Assembly (NCBI GenBank): GCA_963751595.1
Contig: CAVVVC010000004.1
Span: 73,262-137,261, forward strand
Origin: an uncultured Gammaproteobacteria bacterium
GTDB lineage: Bacteria; Pseudomonadota; Gammaproteobacteria; Pseudomonadales; JAHEGP01
DNA: 64,000 bases
Direction: 5' to 3'
The notes below the pieces were generated by a model. That model did not search any database. It saw only the letters and a program-made list of their open reading frames with translations, and was not told the origin of the DNA. The position numbers and the translations under genes were made by a program. Every line of letters starts with the position of its first letter. The first letter of the stretch is position 1. Of this stretch, positions 1-9,656 are shown piece after piece.

Positions 1-556
1 ACAGCTTTTTACACGCATTGATTGCTGCAGCAACGCTTTCACGACTCGGCTTCCCGGCGATGGCTGCCAGCAGCCACTGTCCTTCGTCCAGTTGAGCCAG
101 CCCTTTTTCGTGCTCCAGCAGCAAGCGAGCGACCCGATTTGGCCAAAACATGCGCCGGGTACCGATAAGCTCTGCCACTGCGAACAAATGCGCGGGCGTA
201 TTCAACTCCTGCAGAATCGGCAGAGCATATTGATAGTTGTCGCTCCAGCCATCGTCAAAGGTAATTGCGCAGGCTTTCATGGGTAGCGTTTTTCCATCCC
301 GCGCCCGGCGGTGCCATTCTGACAGAGGCATCGGCTCGAAAAACTCGGCTAGAGTTTTCAAGTGCTCCCGAAACGTGTCCGGTGTGACCACCATCCCCGG
401 TTCCTCGGCCGCGTAGCGCGGGTCGGTGGAGGGCAATACCCGGTGATACATGAGCACCCACAGACAGGGTTGGCGCTGCGGCAGCCGGTGACTGCCGAAA
501 GTTGCAGCCGTAGTTTGTATCAGCTGCTTGGCGAGAGCCTTGGGGTAGTTGGTCAT
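1..556 (-). CDS. polysaccharide deacetylase (NodB-type), partial: C-terminus runs off the left edge
   Basis: Own translation of the minus strand from the ATG (complement of 554-556) gives MTNYPKALAKQ...WVLMYHRVLP...MKACAITFDDGWSDNYQYALPILQELNTPAHLF. The frame is open to position 1, so it is absent from the ORF track, which lists only shadow ORFs here (92..286, 255..635, 362..628). YHR and ITFDDG blocks are NodB-homology hallmarks. Confidence 0.75.
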   Translation of the reverse strand, partial: MTNYPKALAKQLIQTTAATFGSHRLPQRQPCLWVLMYHRVLPSTDPRYAAEEPGMVVTPDTFREHLKTLAEFFEPMPLSEWHRRARDGKTLPMKACAITFDDGWSDNYQYALPILQELNTPAHLFAVAELIGTRRMFWPNRVARLLLEHEKGLAQLDEGQWLLAAIAGKPSRESVAAAINACKKL

Positions 557-790
557 CGGTCTGGGTCACAAATTGCTTGGGGTTGGGGTTGCATACAGTT
601 GCGCCAACGAGGTGGACAGGCGCTTTAACGAACACTAAAAGTCTATCAGATTATGCTGCTTTTACTGTAATCAGCGACTATTTTTATAAGGGTAGTCCTG
701 AAGGCTGAATCGTTTAAAAAGCAGTTTTTATGGCGTATCATGCGCCGCTCCCGATCGACCACTCTTTTTAAGGCAAAAATCCCAGGCGTT

Positions 791-1876
791 ATGAAGATTT
801 TGCACGCTATCGAGACATCCGGCCCGGGTGGTGCCGAAAACTTTCTGATCCGGATGGCACTGGCCCTGCGCCCGCAGGATGAGTCCAGCGTCCTGTTACT
901 GAAGCCCGGTTGGCTGCAGCAGCGCCTTATCGATCTGGAGATACCCGTGGTCGTTGAGCCACTGTCGAGAAGCTTCAACCCGCTTTGGCTCTATCGTGCG
1001 TTCAAGCTGGTGAAGGAACAGCAGATCGACGTCATTCACAGCCATGAGTTTGCAATGAATTCGCACCTGGCCCTGGTGGCAAAAGCCGCAGGTGTGCGAC
1101 ACGTCGCTACAGTGCATGGGAGAAAGTACTATGGCGACTCCAGTGCGAGAAGGGCTGTCTACCGGATGGTAGCCCGGTTATCCGGTCTCGTCGCAGTATC
1201 AGAGGACATTAAATCCTACCTTGTCGACTCGGTGGGCGTTGCCCCGGATCGAATCACCGTCATCCGAAACGGTATAGCTGTTGAAGACTATCAACAGAAT
1301 AGCGACGACCCGGCGCAAATAAGAAGCGACCTGGGGTGTTCGGAACGAGACTTTCTGATTTGCGCTATCGGTAACCTCTATCCAGTGAAAGGGCACTGTC
1401 ACCTGATACGTGCCATGGCAAGGCTCGTTCCCCAGCACCCCGAGTTGAAATTGGTCATTGCGGGCCGGGGGGGAGAACAAGCGGCACTGGAGCAACTGAT
1501 TGCTGAACTTCAGCTAACAAATCATGTCTCACTACTTGGGTTCAGAAACGATGTCCGTGAAATTTTGTTGGCGGCCGACCTTTTCGTCATGCCCTCCCTC
1601 TCTGAGGGGTTGCCGCTTTCACTTCTTGAAGCGATGGCGGCGAAAAAGCCTGTGATTGTGACAGACGTTGGTGGAATGCCTCAGGTAATCAAAAATGGCG
1701 TCATGGGTCTGGTCGTCCCGCCGGCTGACGACGACCAACTGGCCCGGGCAATAAATTCTATATTGACTGGCGGCAAGCGAAACGAGTACGTGGCAGCCGC
1801 GTTCGAGGAACTTGAAGCGTCTTATTCGATTGGAACGATGGTGGATGACTATCGTCGGCTTTACGGCACCGGATGA
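791..1876 (+). CDS. glycosyltransferase, GT4 / group 1 (GT-B fold)
   Basis: ORF 740..1876. The ATG at 791 gives a typical N-terminus, MKILHAIETSGPGGAENF. The C-terminal half carries the GT4-type block VMPSLSEGLPLSLLEAMAAKKPVIVTDVGG. Motif recognition only. Confidence 0.8.
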   Translation: MKILHAIETSGPGGAENFLIRMALALRPQDESSVLLLKPGWLQQRLIDLEIPVVVEPLSRSFNPLWLYRAFKLVKEQQIDVIHSHEFAMNSHLALVAKAAGVRHVATVHGRKYYGDSSARRAVYRMVARLSGLVAVSEDIKSYLVDSVGVAPDRITVIRNGIAVEDYQQNSDDPAQIRSDLGCSERDFLICAIGNLYPVKGHCHLIRAMARLVPQHPELKLVIAGRGGEQAALEQLIAELQLTNHVSLLGFRNDVREILLAADLFVMPSLSEGLPLSLLEAMAAKKPVIVTDVGGMPQVIKNGVMGLVVPPADDDQLARAINSILTGGKRNEYVAAAFEELEASYSIGTMVDDYRRLYGTG

Positions 1877-1964
1877 AAAGGGGCTGCTTGGATAGCTCGC
1901 GGCTGCCAAAAAACGGCGGGACAAAAACGCTCCGCGAGGGGCAAGAGCCTGGGCGTTATGACCC

Positions 1965-2189
1965 ATGGAAATGAGTTTGAAAATGAAGAATATGGGGTTT
2001 CTGATAGATGGTAATGGTCAGGTCACTATTGGACGCAGTGTTCCAGTCAGTTGCGCCACGATTGCCGTCAATGAAGACCAGTGTATGGCCATGTTGGTAA
2101 GGCGTGAAGGGGAGAGCTTCATGGATTTGCTTGCTAGATTTGATGCCGCCATCGAGAAGGCCCATAAAAACGAAATTTTTATTGACTAA
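1965..2189 (+). CDS. small hypothetical protein (74 aa or shorter)
   Basis: This is the only sizeable ORF in the 1877-2392 gap. No signal peptide and no family recognised. Start is uncertain (several in-frame Met codons). Confidence 0.35.
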   Translation: MEMSLKMKNMGFLIDGNGQVTIGRSVPVSCATIAVNEDQCMAMLVRREGESFMDLLARFDAAIEKAHKNEIFID

Positions 2190-2392
2190 GAAAAGGCAGC
2201 GGGGGCTACGCAACGCCATTTAAGGCGCGATGATTCTAGCGCGGTATTTGAGCGACCGACGCCGACCGCTGCCGCTTTGGGCGCGCAGTCAGAATTCAGA
2301 CCCCTCAATGTTGTATAATTTCACACAAAACCTATAGACAATAGATAGACGAAAAATTTTTGGCCTAAATCCAACTTTACCAAGAGAGTGCA

Positions 2393-3268
2393 ATGAAGCT
2401 ATCGAAAAAGATACCACTACTAATGGGAACGATTTGTTGCCTGGCTGTTACCTCCCATGTGTCGGCCTGGTCAATGCGTCAGGATTGCGAAGGTCCGCTG
2501 GGCGTTAAGGTTGATGGCATGTTCAAGGCCACAACCTACACGAATGAGCAGGTAAAGGCGGGGTCTACTAGTTGCAGGCTTGCGGTAAGAAAGGGCACCG
2601 TAGGTTGGGGCGAGTTTGGAGCGATGATGCTTTTCCCTGAGCCGCTTGTAAAAGGGCAGGAGCTATGGATCCGTCTCGACCTGTTTGTCCCTGAGGGTTT
2701 TGATTACACGGCTAATCCTCAACTGAAATTTATGCGGGTGCATACTCAAAGCAGAGCGGGTGAAAATTTTGGTTATCTCGATTTCCTCATTACTCCGGAT
2801 GGCCCAAGCCATTGGAGCAAAAAGCTGAACGGATTAACCGACGCACCTTTTTATTTTTATTACGAAACCGTCGTAAACCAGGAATACCCGGGAAGCTACG
2901 AAAAAGATCGTATTAAAAAGGGCCAGTGGGAGAGTTTCGAGATTTACTATTATCTTGACTCTGTTTCCACCGAAAACAACGGTAGGGGCCGTGTCAGGAT
3001 CTGGAAGAACGAAGAGCTATTGGCGGATCTTCCGAGTCAAACTACATTGAAAAACGCCGAGGCCGTGGCAAATTCGTTTTTATTGTTTACGTACTGGAAT
3101 GGCGGGTCACCTCAGGATCAGCATCTATACATAGACAATATCGTAATTACCTCAGATAGACCCTCAAACGTCGACGCTGCCGGATACAGCTTCATTGGGA
3201 AGGGGTCGGCGAAAGCGGAGTCCCCCAAGCCCATGGCGCCCAACAATATCAAAATCGGCTTCCGATGA
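2393..3268 (+). CDS. secreted protein, paralog of 5234..6082; tentatively polysaccharide-lyase-like / ConA-like jelly roll
   Basis: Signal peptide MKLSKKIPLLMGTICCLAVTSHVSA. It shares blocks with 5234..6082: KFMRVHT/KFIRFKG, RVRIWKNEELL/FVRVWFNDELV, LFTYWNGGSPQDQHLYIDNIVI/LFTYWNGGAPKDQHLWVDDIRI. The CDS is solid; the lyase-like label is from memory of similar architectures and is unverified. Confidence 0.6.
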   Translation: MKLSKKIPLLMGTICCLAVTSHVSAWSMRQDCEGPLGVKVDGMFKATTYTNEQVKAGSTSCRLAVRKGTVGWGEFGAMMLFPEPLVKGQELWIRLDLFVPEGFDYTANPQLKFMRVHTQSRAGENFGYLDFLITPDGPSHWSKKLNGLTDAPFYFYYETVVNQEYPGSYEKDRIKKGQWESFEIYYYLDSVSTENNGRGRVRIWKNEELLADLPSQTTLKNAEAVANSFLLFTYWNGGSPQDQHLYIDNIVITSDRPSNVDAAGYSFIGKGSAKAESPKPMAPNNIKIGFR

Positions 3269-3531
3269 GGCTCTGAAATTCAGCTGTAACTCGGGGGCCA
3301 AATCCTGAGCCTAGCCCGCTTCGCTCACCGATTTGGATTGGTCTGCCGGTAGAGACACATTTCAGGTGCTACGCCCGCGATTTTCGCCGTAGCTACATTG
3401 ATGGTGTATCCGCGAAGGCGACAGCCACGCATTTTCAGAGAGATCGGGGCCACCACGGTTACTTTCCGCAGCTTCAGGGCAAAGGCATTCACAGCCAGTG
3501 GGTCAATGGCTGCAAGACGTTTTTGAGCAGT

Positions 3532-5061
3532 GAGCCCTTACCCTGGCGGCACCCAGGCCGGATAGCGGTGAATGTTGCTCAAGATCTGGGCAAAGTCACT
3601 CGCATAGGGATAGGTTTGCGAGAATGACAGCCAAACCTTGCGTACGGTGATCTTGATTCGGGCGCCGATTTTCAACAGCTTCAGGCGGATGGTTGTACAT
3701 TGTGCCCTGGCGTGTTGGGTGCCTTGCAGCCCCATCCGGCGTAAGCCGTGCATCAACACGTACGCGAAGGAGGAGAAGTACAGCCGGAGTTGGTTGGCTC
3801 TCATCGTCGCTGTGCTGGTGCGGTCAGCAAACAGTCCCAGTTGCTGCTCCTTGATTCGGTTCTCCATCTCTCCGCGCGCACAGTAAAGCTTTTCATATAG
3901 GCGCTTGGCACCGGCCCGCCGCAGGGGGAGGTTGGTGACGACAAACCGCGGGTTTGCCTTGTTGGGGAGATACTCTGCCTTCCCCACCACCCGCCGTTCG
4001 CGGGACCAGCTTTTACGGGTCCGGTAACGGAAGTCGCGGAACCGGCGTGCCGCCTTGCCGGTGCGTTCGTGTTCCAACTTTGCCAGATGCATCTCCTGAC
4101 CCAGCGCACGGTTCAGTCGCTGATTACGGCCCAAGCCCAGCACATAGCTCACTTTGTTGTCTTCGCACCAGGCCATGATCGTGTCCCGGCAAAAACCGGA
4201 ATCGCCGCGGATGATGATCCGGGTCTTCGGCCAGTGTTCGCGGATCTGGGCCACGATGCGTTGCAGTTCCTCCACGCTACCAAGGGCACCGTCTCGATTC
4301 GAGGGGCGTAGTCGGGCACACAGCAGATGCTCACCACAGAAAATGTAGAGCGGCATGTAGCAGTAGCATTTGTAATAGCCGTGAAAGAACCGGCCTTCCT
4401 GGTGGCCATGGAGTGGATCGTCGGTGGCATCCAGGTCCAGCCAGATCTCCCGTGGTGGCTTCTCGTAGGACTCGACAAACACATTCACCAGCAGCCGATC
4501 CAGTGCCGCCGCGTCCGCTGCGACCTTCTTGTAGCGGTGCCCCGCCGCCGAGGCCGGGTCGCTGAGTTCCAATCGATTGAGGGTGCTGGAACCGGCCAGC
4601 GGATTGCCGCGATCCTGCTCCCGTTCGCGGTGTTCACCGGTCAAATCGGGTTTGCCGACCAGTAACGCCAACGCACTATCGGCACGAAGCACATCATGAT
4701 CGTTGAGATCCTCATAGCCCAGGGCCAGGCCATAGACCCGCTGCGCGACCAGAGAATGAGCGCTGTGCTCGATACTGTTGGAGTTGCGGTAATCGGTGAA
4801 GCAACGGGCCATCCGCTCCAGCAGACCTATCCGCTGATCAACCTCCCGCAGCAGCAGTCCACCACCGTCGGAAGTGATCCTGCCGCCGTCAAAACAACCC
4901 ACCACATCGCGGCGACCCAGAGCGTGAAATTCCAGTTGATTCGCAGTACACTCTGTCGACATGGGCCTTCTCTTCTGTTCGCTCGTAAAGTGTTGTTCGC
5001 ACTCACTTTATGCAACAAAGAAAGGCCTATTTCAATTCTATCGGTGAGATTTTCGGGCTAG
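3532..5061 (-). mobile_element. IS1380-family insertion sequence, copy 1 (apparently intact)
   Basis: Contains the intact 474-aa transposase. The right boundary is set by where identity to copy 2 stops (gagattttcggg at 5046-5057 and 9532-9543). The left boundary (~3532) is approximate. No clear terminal inverted repeats or target duplication could be confirmed by eye. Confidence 0.75.
3538..4962 (-). CDS. IS1380-family DDE transposase
   Basis: 474-aa ORF. The N-terminus ...FHALGRRDVVGCFDGGRITSDGGGLLLREVDQRIGLLERMARCF...AQRVYGLALGYEDLNDHD is the characteristic IS1380-family (DDE group 1) pattern. Confidence 0.9.
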   Translation of the reverse strand: MSTECTANQLEFHALGRRDVVGCFDGGRITSDGGGLLLREVDQRIGLLERMARCFTDYRNSNSIEHSAHSLVAQRVYGLALGYEDLNDHDVLRADSALALLVGKPDLTGEHREREQDRGNPLAGSSTLNRLELSDPASAAGHRYKKVAADAAALDRLLVNVFVESYEKPPREIWLDLDATDDPLHGHQEGRFFHGYYKCYCYMPLYIFCGEHLLCARLRPSNRDGALGSVEELQRIVAQIREHWPKTRIIIRGDSGFCRDTIMAWCEDNKVSYVLGLGRNQRLNRALGQEMHLAKLEHERTGKAARRFRDFRYRTRKSWSRERRVVGKAEYLPNKANPRFVVTNLPLRRAGAKRLYEKLYCARGEMENRIKEQQLGLFADRTSTATMRANQLRLYFSSFAYVLMHGLRRMGLQGTQHARAQCTTIRLKLLKIGARIKITVRKVWLSFSQTYPYASDFAQILSNIHRYPAWVPPG

Positions 5062-5233
5062 AAATCTCACTCCCAGAATTGAAAAAGGCCTTTCTAGACT
5101 CTCAAGGTTGTGATTACTGTAAATGGCGACTGCTTCTCAAGCTCCAAAGAATACGATGGCCGGCTTGGAAAGTCTGTCATACAATTTTGATATATAGATT
5201 TGTCTTATTTATACCTTTAGGTCTTGGAGTCCA

Positions 5234-6082
5234 ATGATTAACCGTATGTTTCTTTCAGCACTATTAGTTGCTGTTTTATTACCTTTAAAACCACACGCTT
5301 GGGAGCTAACTCGGAACTTCAATGCAGGGAAAATAGGTGACCATGCGGACCATGTGCCAGACGGTTTTGATGAGGCTGGCGGGCATAGTTATTATAGTGA
5401 TGAGCAGGTGGCCGAGGGTCGCGCTGCGGCTATCCTGAACACTGTAAGTGGCAGTTCCGGTTGGGCAACCTGGGGCGGCGTAATAAAGTTCCCCACGAAC
5501 CTCTATGCCGGCGATGAGTTGTGGTTTCAGGTATGGCTCTACGTGCCCTCTGATTTTCAGTTAACGACTGACCAAGGAAGCCTTAAATTTATTCGATTTA
5601 AAGGAAAGCGAGCAGATGGTAAAGGTGACGGAATGATAGACATTCAGTTGCGCGACCAAGGATCAGGAAAAGAAGCGTTCAGAATGATTAGAGAAGTAGC
5701 AACTGATGGCGGCTGGCACTATTTTGGCAATGCAAGCGATTTCAAGCGCGACAAGTGGCATAAGTTTAACGTCCATCTGGTAGTAGATCATATCGCGCAA
5801 AGCAATGGCGGTCGGAGCTTTGTACGTGTGTGGTTTAACGATGAGCTGGTGGTCGATGCCAAATCAATGCGCACTCTGGCATCTGAAGGCGCCTATCTAG
5901 ACTACCTGTATCTTTTTACCTACTGGAATGGCGGAGCACCAAAAGATCAGCATTTGTGGGTGGACGACATCCGCATTGCGTCTAAACAGCCAGAATGGGC
6001 AAATGGTTTTCCATCTGTTTCTGATTCTCGCCCACGCTCTCCAGCTGCAAAAGTAAGTTTTAGAGCCGGGGCTGGGGGCTGA
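5234..6082 (+). CDS. secreted protein, paralog of 2393..3268 (lyase-like, tentative)
   Basis: Signal peptide MINRMFLSALLVAVLLPLKPHA. Conserved blocks are shared with 2393..3268 (see that entry). Sequence looks AT-rich. Confidence 0.6.
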   Translation: MINRMFLSALLVAVLLPLKPHAWELTRNFNAGKIGDHADHVPDGFDEAGGHSYYSDEQVAEGRAAAILNTVSGSSGWATWGGVIKFPTNLYAGDELWFQVWLYVPSDFQLTTDQGSLKFIRFKGKRADGKGDGMIDIQLRDQGSGKEAFRMIREVATDGGWHYFGNASDFKRDKWHKFNVHLVVDHIAQSNGGRSFVRVWFNDELVVDAKSMRTLASEGAYLDYLYLFTYWNGGAPKDQHLWVDDIRIASKQPEWANGFPSVSDSRPRSPAAKVSFRAGAGG

Positions 6083-7074
6083 TGAAGCTCGAGGAGTCTA
6101 CAGGAAGAGAAAAAGGGGGCATTTTCATATCCTTTTTAATTCCTGCTCTCAATGAAAAACGTAACATTACCGAATGCATTAATCAGATAAGGCTATGTGT
6201 TCCGACAAACGTATCGTATGAGATAATCGTTGGCGATCACGGTTCAACTGACGATACAGCAAAGTTGGTGGATGCGGCGGGGGCAAAGGTGGTTTCTCAA
6301 GCGGGGGGGACTATAGCGTCGCTGCGGAATCATCTTGTACGTTCAGCGTTTGCGAGTATTGTGGTTTTTATTGACGCCGACATTAGGCTTACAGTTGAAT
6401 GGGGTGAAAATATTGAGGAAGCCTTGGTATTGCTTTCAAAAGCCCCACTAACTATCGTTGGGTCCCCATGTTATCCATCAGATGAAAAAAGTTTGTTGAA
6501 CAAATTTTGGTTCTACCCGATAGCTACCATGCCTAAAAAGTATATCGGCACTGGGCATATGATCTTTTCGAAAACTGCGTTTGATAGAGTTGGCGGCTTT
6601 GATCCCGCTCTCGCTTCGGGAGAAGATTGCGCTTTTTGCAATGCAGCACAAGAAGCGGGCTGCAGTCTAAAAGTAATTTCTGAGCTTACTGTAACGCATC
6701 TAGATTATCCAAAAACACTTGGAGAGTTCGTTAGGCGAGAAATCTGGCATGGCGTTGGGGATTTCAACTCAATTGGTTCCTTTTTTGCTTCCCGAGTAGC
6801 TCTTGTCTCAGTTGGATTTACCCTTCTTTGTCTTCTAACAATATTCTCAACTCTTTGCTGCTCCAACTTGCATGGTTATGGCTTAGGGCTGCTGGTATTG
6901 GTGCCGACGCTGCTTTCTTTTTATAAATTTCGTGATTTGGGAATGAGCAAGCGAATTCCCAATATCTTCTTGTGTTCGGTCTACTTGCTTTCTAGATCGC
7001 TTTCATTTTTTTATCGAGGTGCGCATAAGCGCATTTATAGTTCCAAATTAGCGAATAACACTGCTGTCCCATAA
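6082..7074 (+). CDS. glycosyltransferase family 2 with C-terminal membrane segments
   Basis: GT2 N-terminal pattern ISFLIPALNEKRNI...IVGDHGSTDDT...VFIDADI and an acidic SGEDCAF block. The hydrophobic C-terminus is VALVSVGFTLLCLLTIFSTLCC...LGLLVLVPTLLSFY. The start overlaps the stop of the upstream gene (ATGA). Confidence 0.8.
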   Translation: MKLEESTGREKGGIFISFLIPALNEKRNITECINQIRLCVPTNVSYEIIVGDHGSTDDTAKLVDAAGAKVVSQAGGTIASLRNHLVRSAFASIVVFIDADIRLTVEWGENIEEALVLLSKAPLTIVGSPCYPSDEKSLLNKFWFYPIATMPKKYIGTGHMIFSKTAFDRVGGFDPALASGEDCAFCNAAQEAGCSLKVISELTVTHLDYPKTLGEFVRREIWHGVGDFNSIGSFFASRVALVSVGFTLLCLLTIFSTLCCSNLHGYGLGLLVLVPTLLSFYKFRDLGMSKRIPNIFLCSVYLLSRSLSFFYRGAHKRIYSSKLANNTAVP

Positions 7075-7117
7075 ACGATGACTAAAAAAGGCTTGAAAAC
7101 CGACTTGTTTTGTTACA

Positions 7118-8019
7118 ATGAGATCGCCAAAAGTCATTGAAAAACAAGAAGGAGTGCAGACCTTGGCCCATAATAATACCGTGTTTTCTCAGTTGCTCAA
7201 ACTGGTCCCGAGACATGAATTTGAAACACTGGCGAATCAGCACCGTGTGGGACGACAACTACGCAAAATGAACCGCTGGTCGCAGTTTGTTTCCATGGCG
7301 CTTGCTCAACTGTCTGGATGTGCCAGCCACCGCGATGTGGTCGGCAACATCGCCGCTCAGAAAGCCAAGCTCTACCATCTTGGCATGGCCTCTGTCAGTC
7401 GTTCATCCTTGGCCAGAGTCAATGAAAGGCAACCCCGCTCGCTGTACGAAAATCTGTTCGCCAGATTTCTATCGCGATGCCAGGTTCTTGCACCTCTCGC
7501 CACGGCTTCCGGTTTAAAAACAAGCTGTATTCCCTTGACGCTTCCACTATTGACCTGTGCCTGAGCGTCTTCCCCTGAGCGAAGTTCCGCACAAAAAAAG
7601 CGCCGTCAAACTCCATGTCGGTCTCGACCATGATGGTCTTCTCCCGGCCTTCATGACTGACCATCACTGATGGCAAAACCCATGACATCATGGCCGCCAG
7701 AAGTTTAGAACTGCCGAAACACAGTATTGTTGTCTTCGACCGAGGCTATACGGATTACGCCTGGTATAAGCAATTGAATTCAAATGATATATTCTTCGTC
7801 ACCCGACAGCGTAAAAATGCCCGCTTTCGTGTTGCTGAACGTCGGTCCATCAATAAAGCCAAAGGACTGACCTCCGATCAAACCATTTACCTGGCCGGTA
7901 GCAAAGCCACCAATTGCCCGATAGCGCTGCGTCGTATTGGTTACAGGGATCCAGAAACCAGGATCCAGCATTTCTTCCTGACCAACAATTTTGGCTCTTT
8001 TGAATTTCGAGTGGGTTAA
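7118..8019 (+). pseudogene. IS4-family transposase, decayed and 3'-truncated
   Basis: The N-terminus AHNNTVFSQLLKLVPRHEFE...RWSQFVSMALAQLSG...RSSLARVNE (7118..7564) is IS4-type. The reading continues only by changing frame three times: HGFRFKNKLYSLDASTIDLCLSVFP*AKFRTKK, then KKSAVKLHVGLDHDGLLPAFMT, then TDGKTHDIMAARSLELPKHSIVVFDRGYTDYAWY...IFFVTRQRKNA. There is also one in-frame TGA. It ends where IS1380 copy 2 abuts. Confidence 0.85.
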
Positions 8020-9448
8020 GCAGCATGCGGATTGATGCTCTCCCTGTTGCTCAGGATCTGGGTAAAGTCACTCGCATAGGGATAGGTTTGCGAGAATGAC
8101 AGCCAAACCTTGCGTACGGTGATCTTGATTCGGGCGCCGATTTTCAACAGCTTCAGGCGGATAGTCGTACATTGTGCCCTGGCGTGTTGGGTGCCTTGCA
8201 GCCCCATCCGGCGTAAGCCGTGCATCAACACGTACGCGAAGGAGGAGAAGTACAGCCGGAGTTGGTTGGCTCTCATCGTCGCTGTGCTGGTGCGGTCAGC
8301 AAACAGTCCCAGTTGTTGTTCCTTTATGCGGTTTTCCATGTGGCCGGCGAGGTCTCACCGCGCGCACAGTAAAGCTTTTCATATAGGCGCTTGGCACCGG
8401 CCCGCCGCAGGGGGAGATTGGTGACGACAAACCGCGGGTTTGCCTTGTTGGGGAGATACTCTGCCTTCCCCACCACCCGCCGTTCGCGGGACCAGCTTTT
8501 ACGGGTCCGGTAACGGAAGTCGCGGAACCGGCGTGCCGCCTTGCCAGTGCGTTCGTGTTCCAACTTTGCCAGATGCATCTCCTGACCCAGCGCACGGTTC
8601 AGTCGCTGATTACGGCCCAAGCCCAGCACATAGCTCACTTTGTTGTCTTCGCACCAGGCCATGATCGTGTCCCGGCAAAAACCGGAATCGCCGCGGATGA
8701 TGATCCGGGTCTTCGGCCAGTGTTCGCGAATCTGGGCCACGATGCGTTGCAGTTCCTCCACGCTACCAAGGGCACCGTCTTGATTCGAGGGGCGTATTCG
8801 GGCACACAGCAGATGCTCACCACAGAAAATGTAGAGCGGCATGTAGCAGTAGCATTTGTAATAGCCGTGAAAGAACCGGCCTTCCTGGTGGCCATGGAGT
8901 GGATCGTCGGTGGCATCCAGGTCCAGCCAGATCTCCCGTGGTGGCTTCTCGTAGGACTCGACAAACACATTCACCAGCAGCCGATCCAGTGCCGCCGCGT
9001 CCGCTGCGATCTTCTTGTAGCGGTGCCCCGCCGCCGAGGCCAGTTCGCTGAGCTCCAATCGATTGAGGGTGCTGGAACCGGCCAGCGGATTGCCGCGATC
9101 CTGCTCCCGTTCGCGGTGTTCACCGGTCAAATCGGGTTTGCCGACCAGTAACGCCAACGCACTATCGGCACGAAGCACATCATGATCGTTGAGATCCTCA
9201 TAGCCCAGGGCCAGGCCATAGACCCGCTGCGCGACCAGAGAATGAGCGCTGTGCTCGATACTGTTGGGGTTGCGGTAATCGGTGAAGCAACGGGCCATCC
9301 GCTCCAGGAGACCTATCCGCTGATCAACCTCCCGCAGCAGCAGTCCACCACCGTCGGAAGTGATCCTGCCGCCGTCAAAACAACCCACCACATCGCGGCG
9401 ACCCAGTGCGTGAAATTCCAGTTGATTCGCGGTACACTCTGTTGGCAT
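8016..9448 (-). pseudogene. IS1380-family transposase, copy 2, disrupted
   Basis: Split into ORFs 8324..9448 (374 aa) and 8016..8339 (107 aa). Relative to copy 1, a 14-nt insertion (gtggccggcgaggt, ~8340-8353) shifts the frame. The C-terminal end diverges (..ILSNRESINPHAA versus ..ILSNIHRYPAWVPPG). The rest is near-identical to copy 1 by eye. Confidence 0.9.
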
Positions 9449-9547
9449 AGGCCTTCTCTTCTGTTCGCTCGTAAAGTGTTGTTCGCACTCACTTTATGCA
9501 ACAAAGAAAGGCCTATTTCAATTCTATCGGTGAGATTTTCGGGTTAG
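8040..9547 (-). mobile_element. IS1380-family element, copy 2 (defective; left end replaced or truncated)
   Basis: Nucleotide identity with copy 1 runs from about 8045 (gttgctcagg) to 9543-9547. It has the same orientation as copy 1. Confidence 0.8.
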
Positions 9548-9656
9548 TCACTGCACCGGGTTTCAATGCGTCGTCAGCTTTCTGAGCAGGGTCTAATTTA
9601 CGCTATCTCTCCAAATTATGTGGGTGGGGAAGCAAGCAGAAATACGGAATCGAGAA

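Noticed and set aside
3269-3531. Possible gene remnant between the lyase-like gene and IS1380 copy 1 (minus-strand frame ..DPLAVNAFALKLRKVTVVAPISLKMRGCRLRGYTINVATAKIAG..)
   Set aside because: The open stretch is short and I recognise no family. I cannot tell a relic from chance.
8555-9151. 198-aa plus-strand ORF inside IS1380 copy 2 (with counterparts 4069..4665 in copy 1)
   Set aside because: It is antisense to the transposase frame. In copy 1 it is broken into smaller pieces, so it is not conserved as an ORF.
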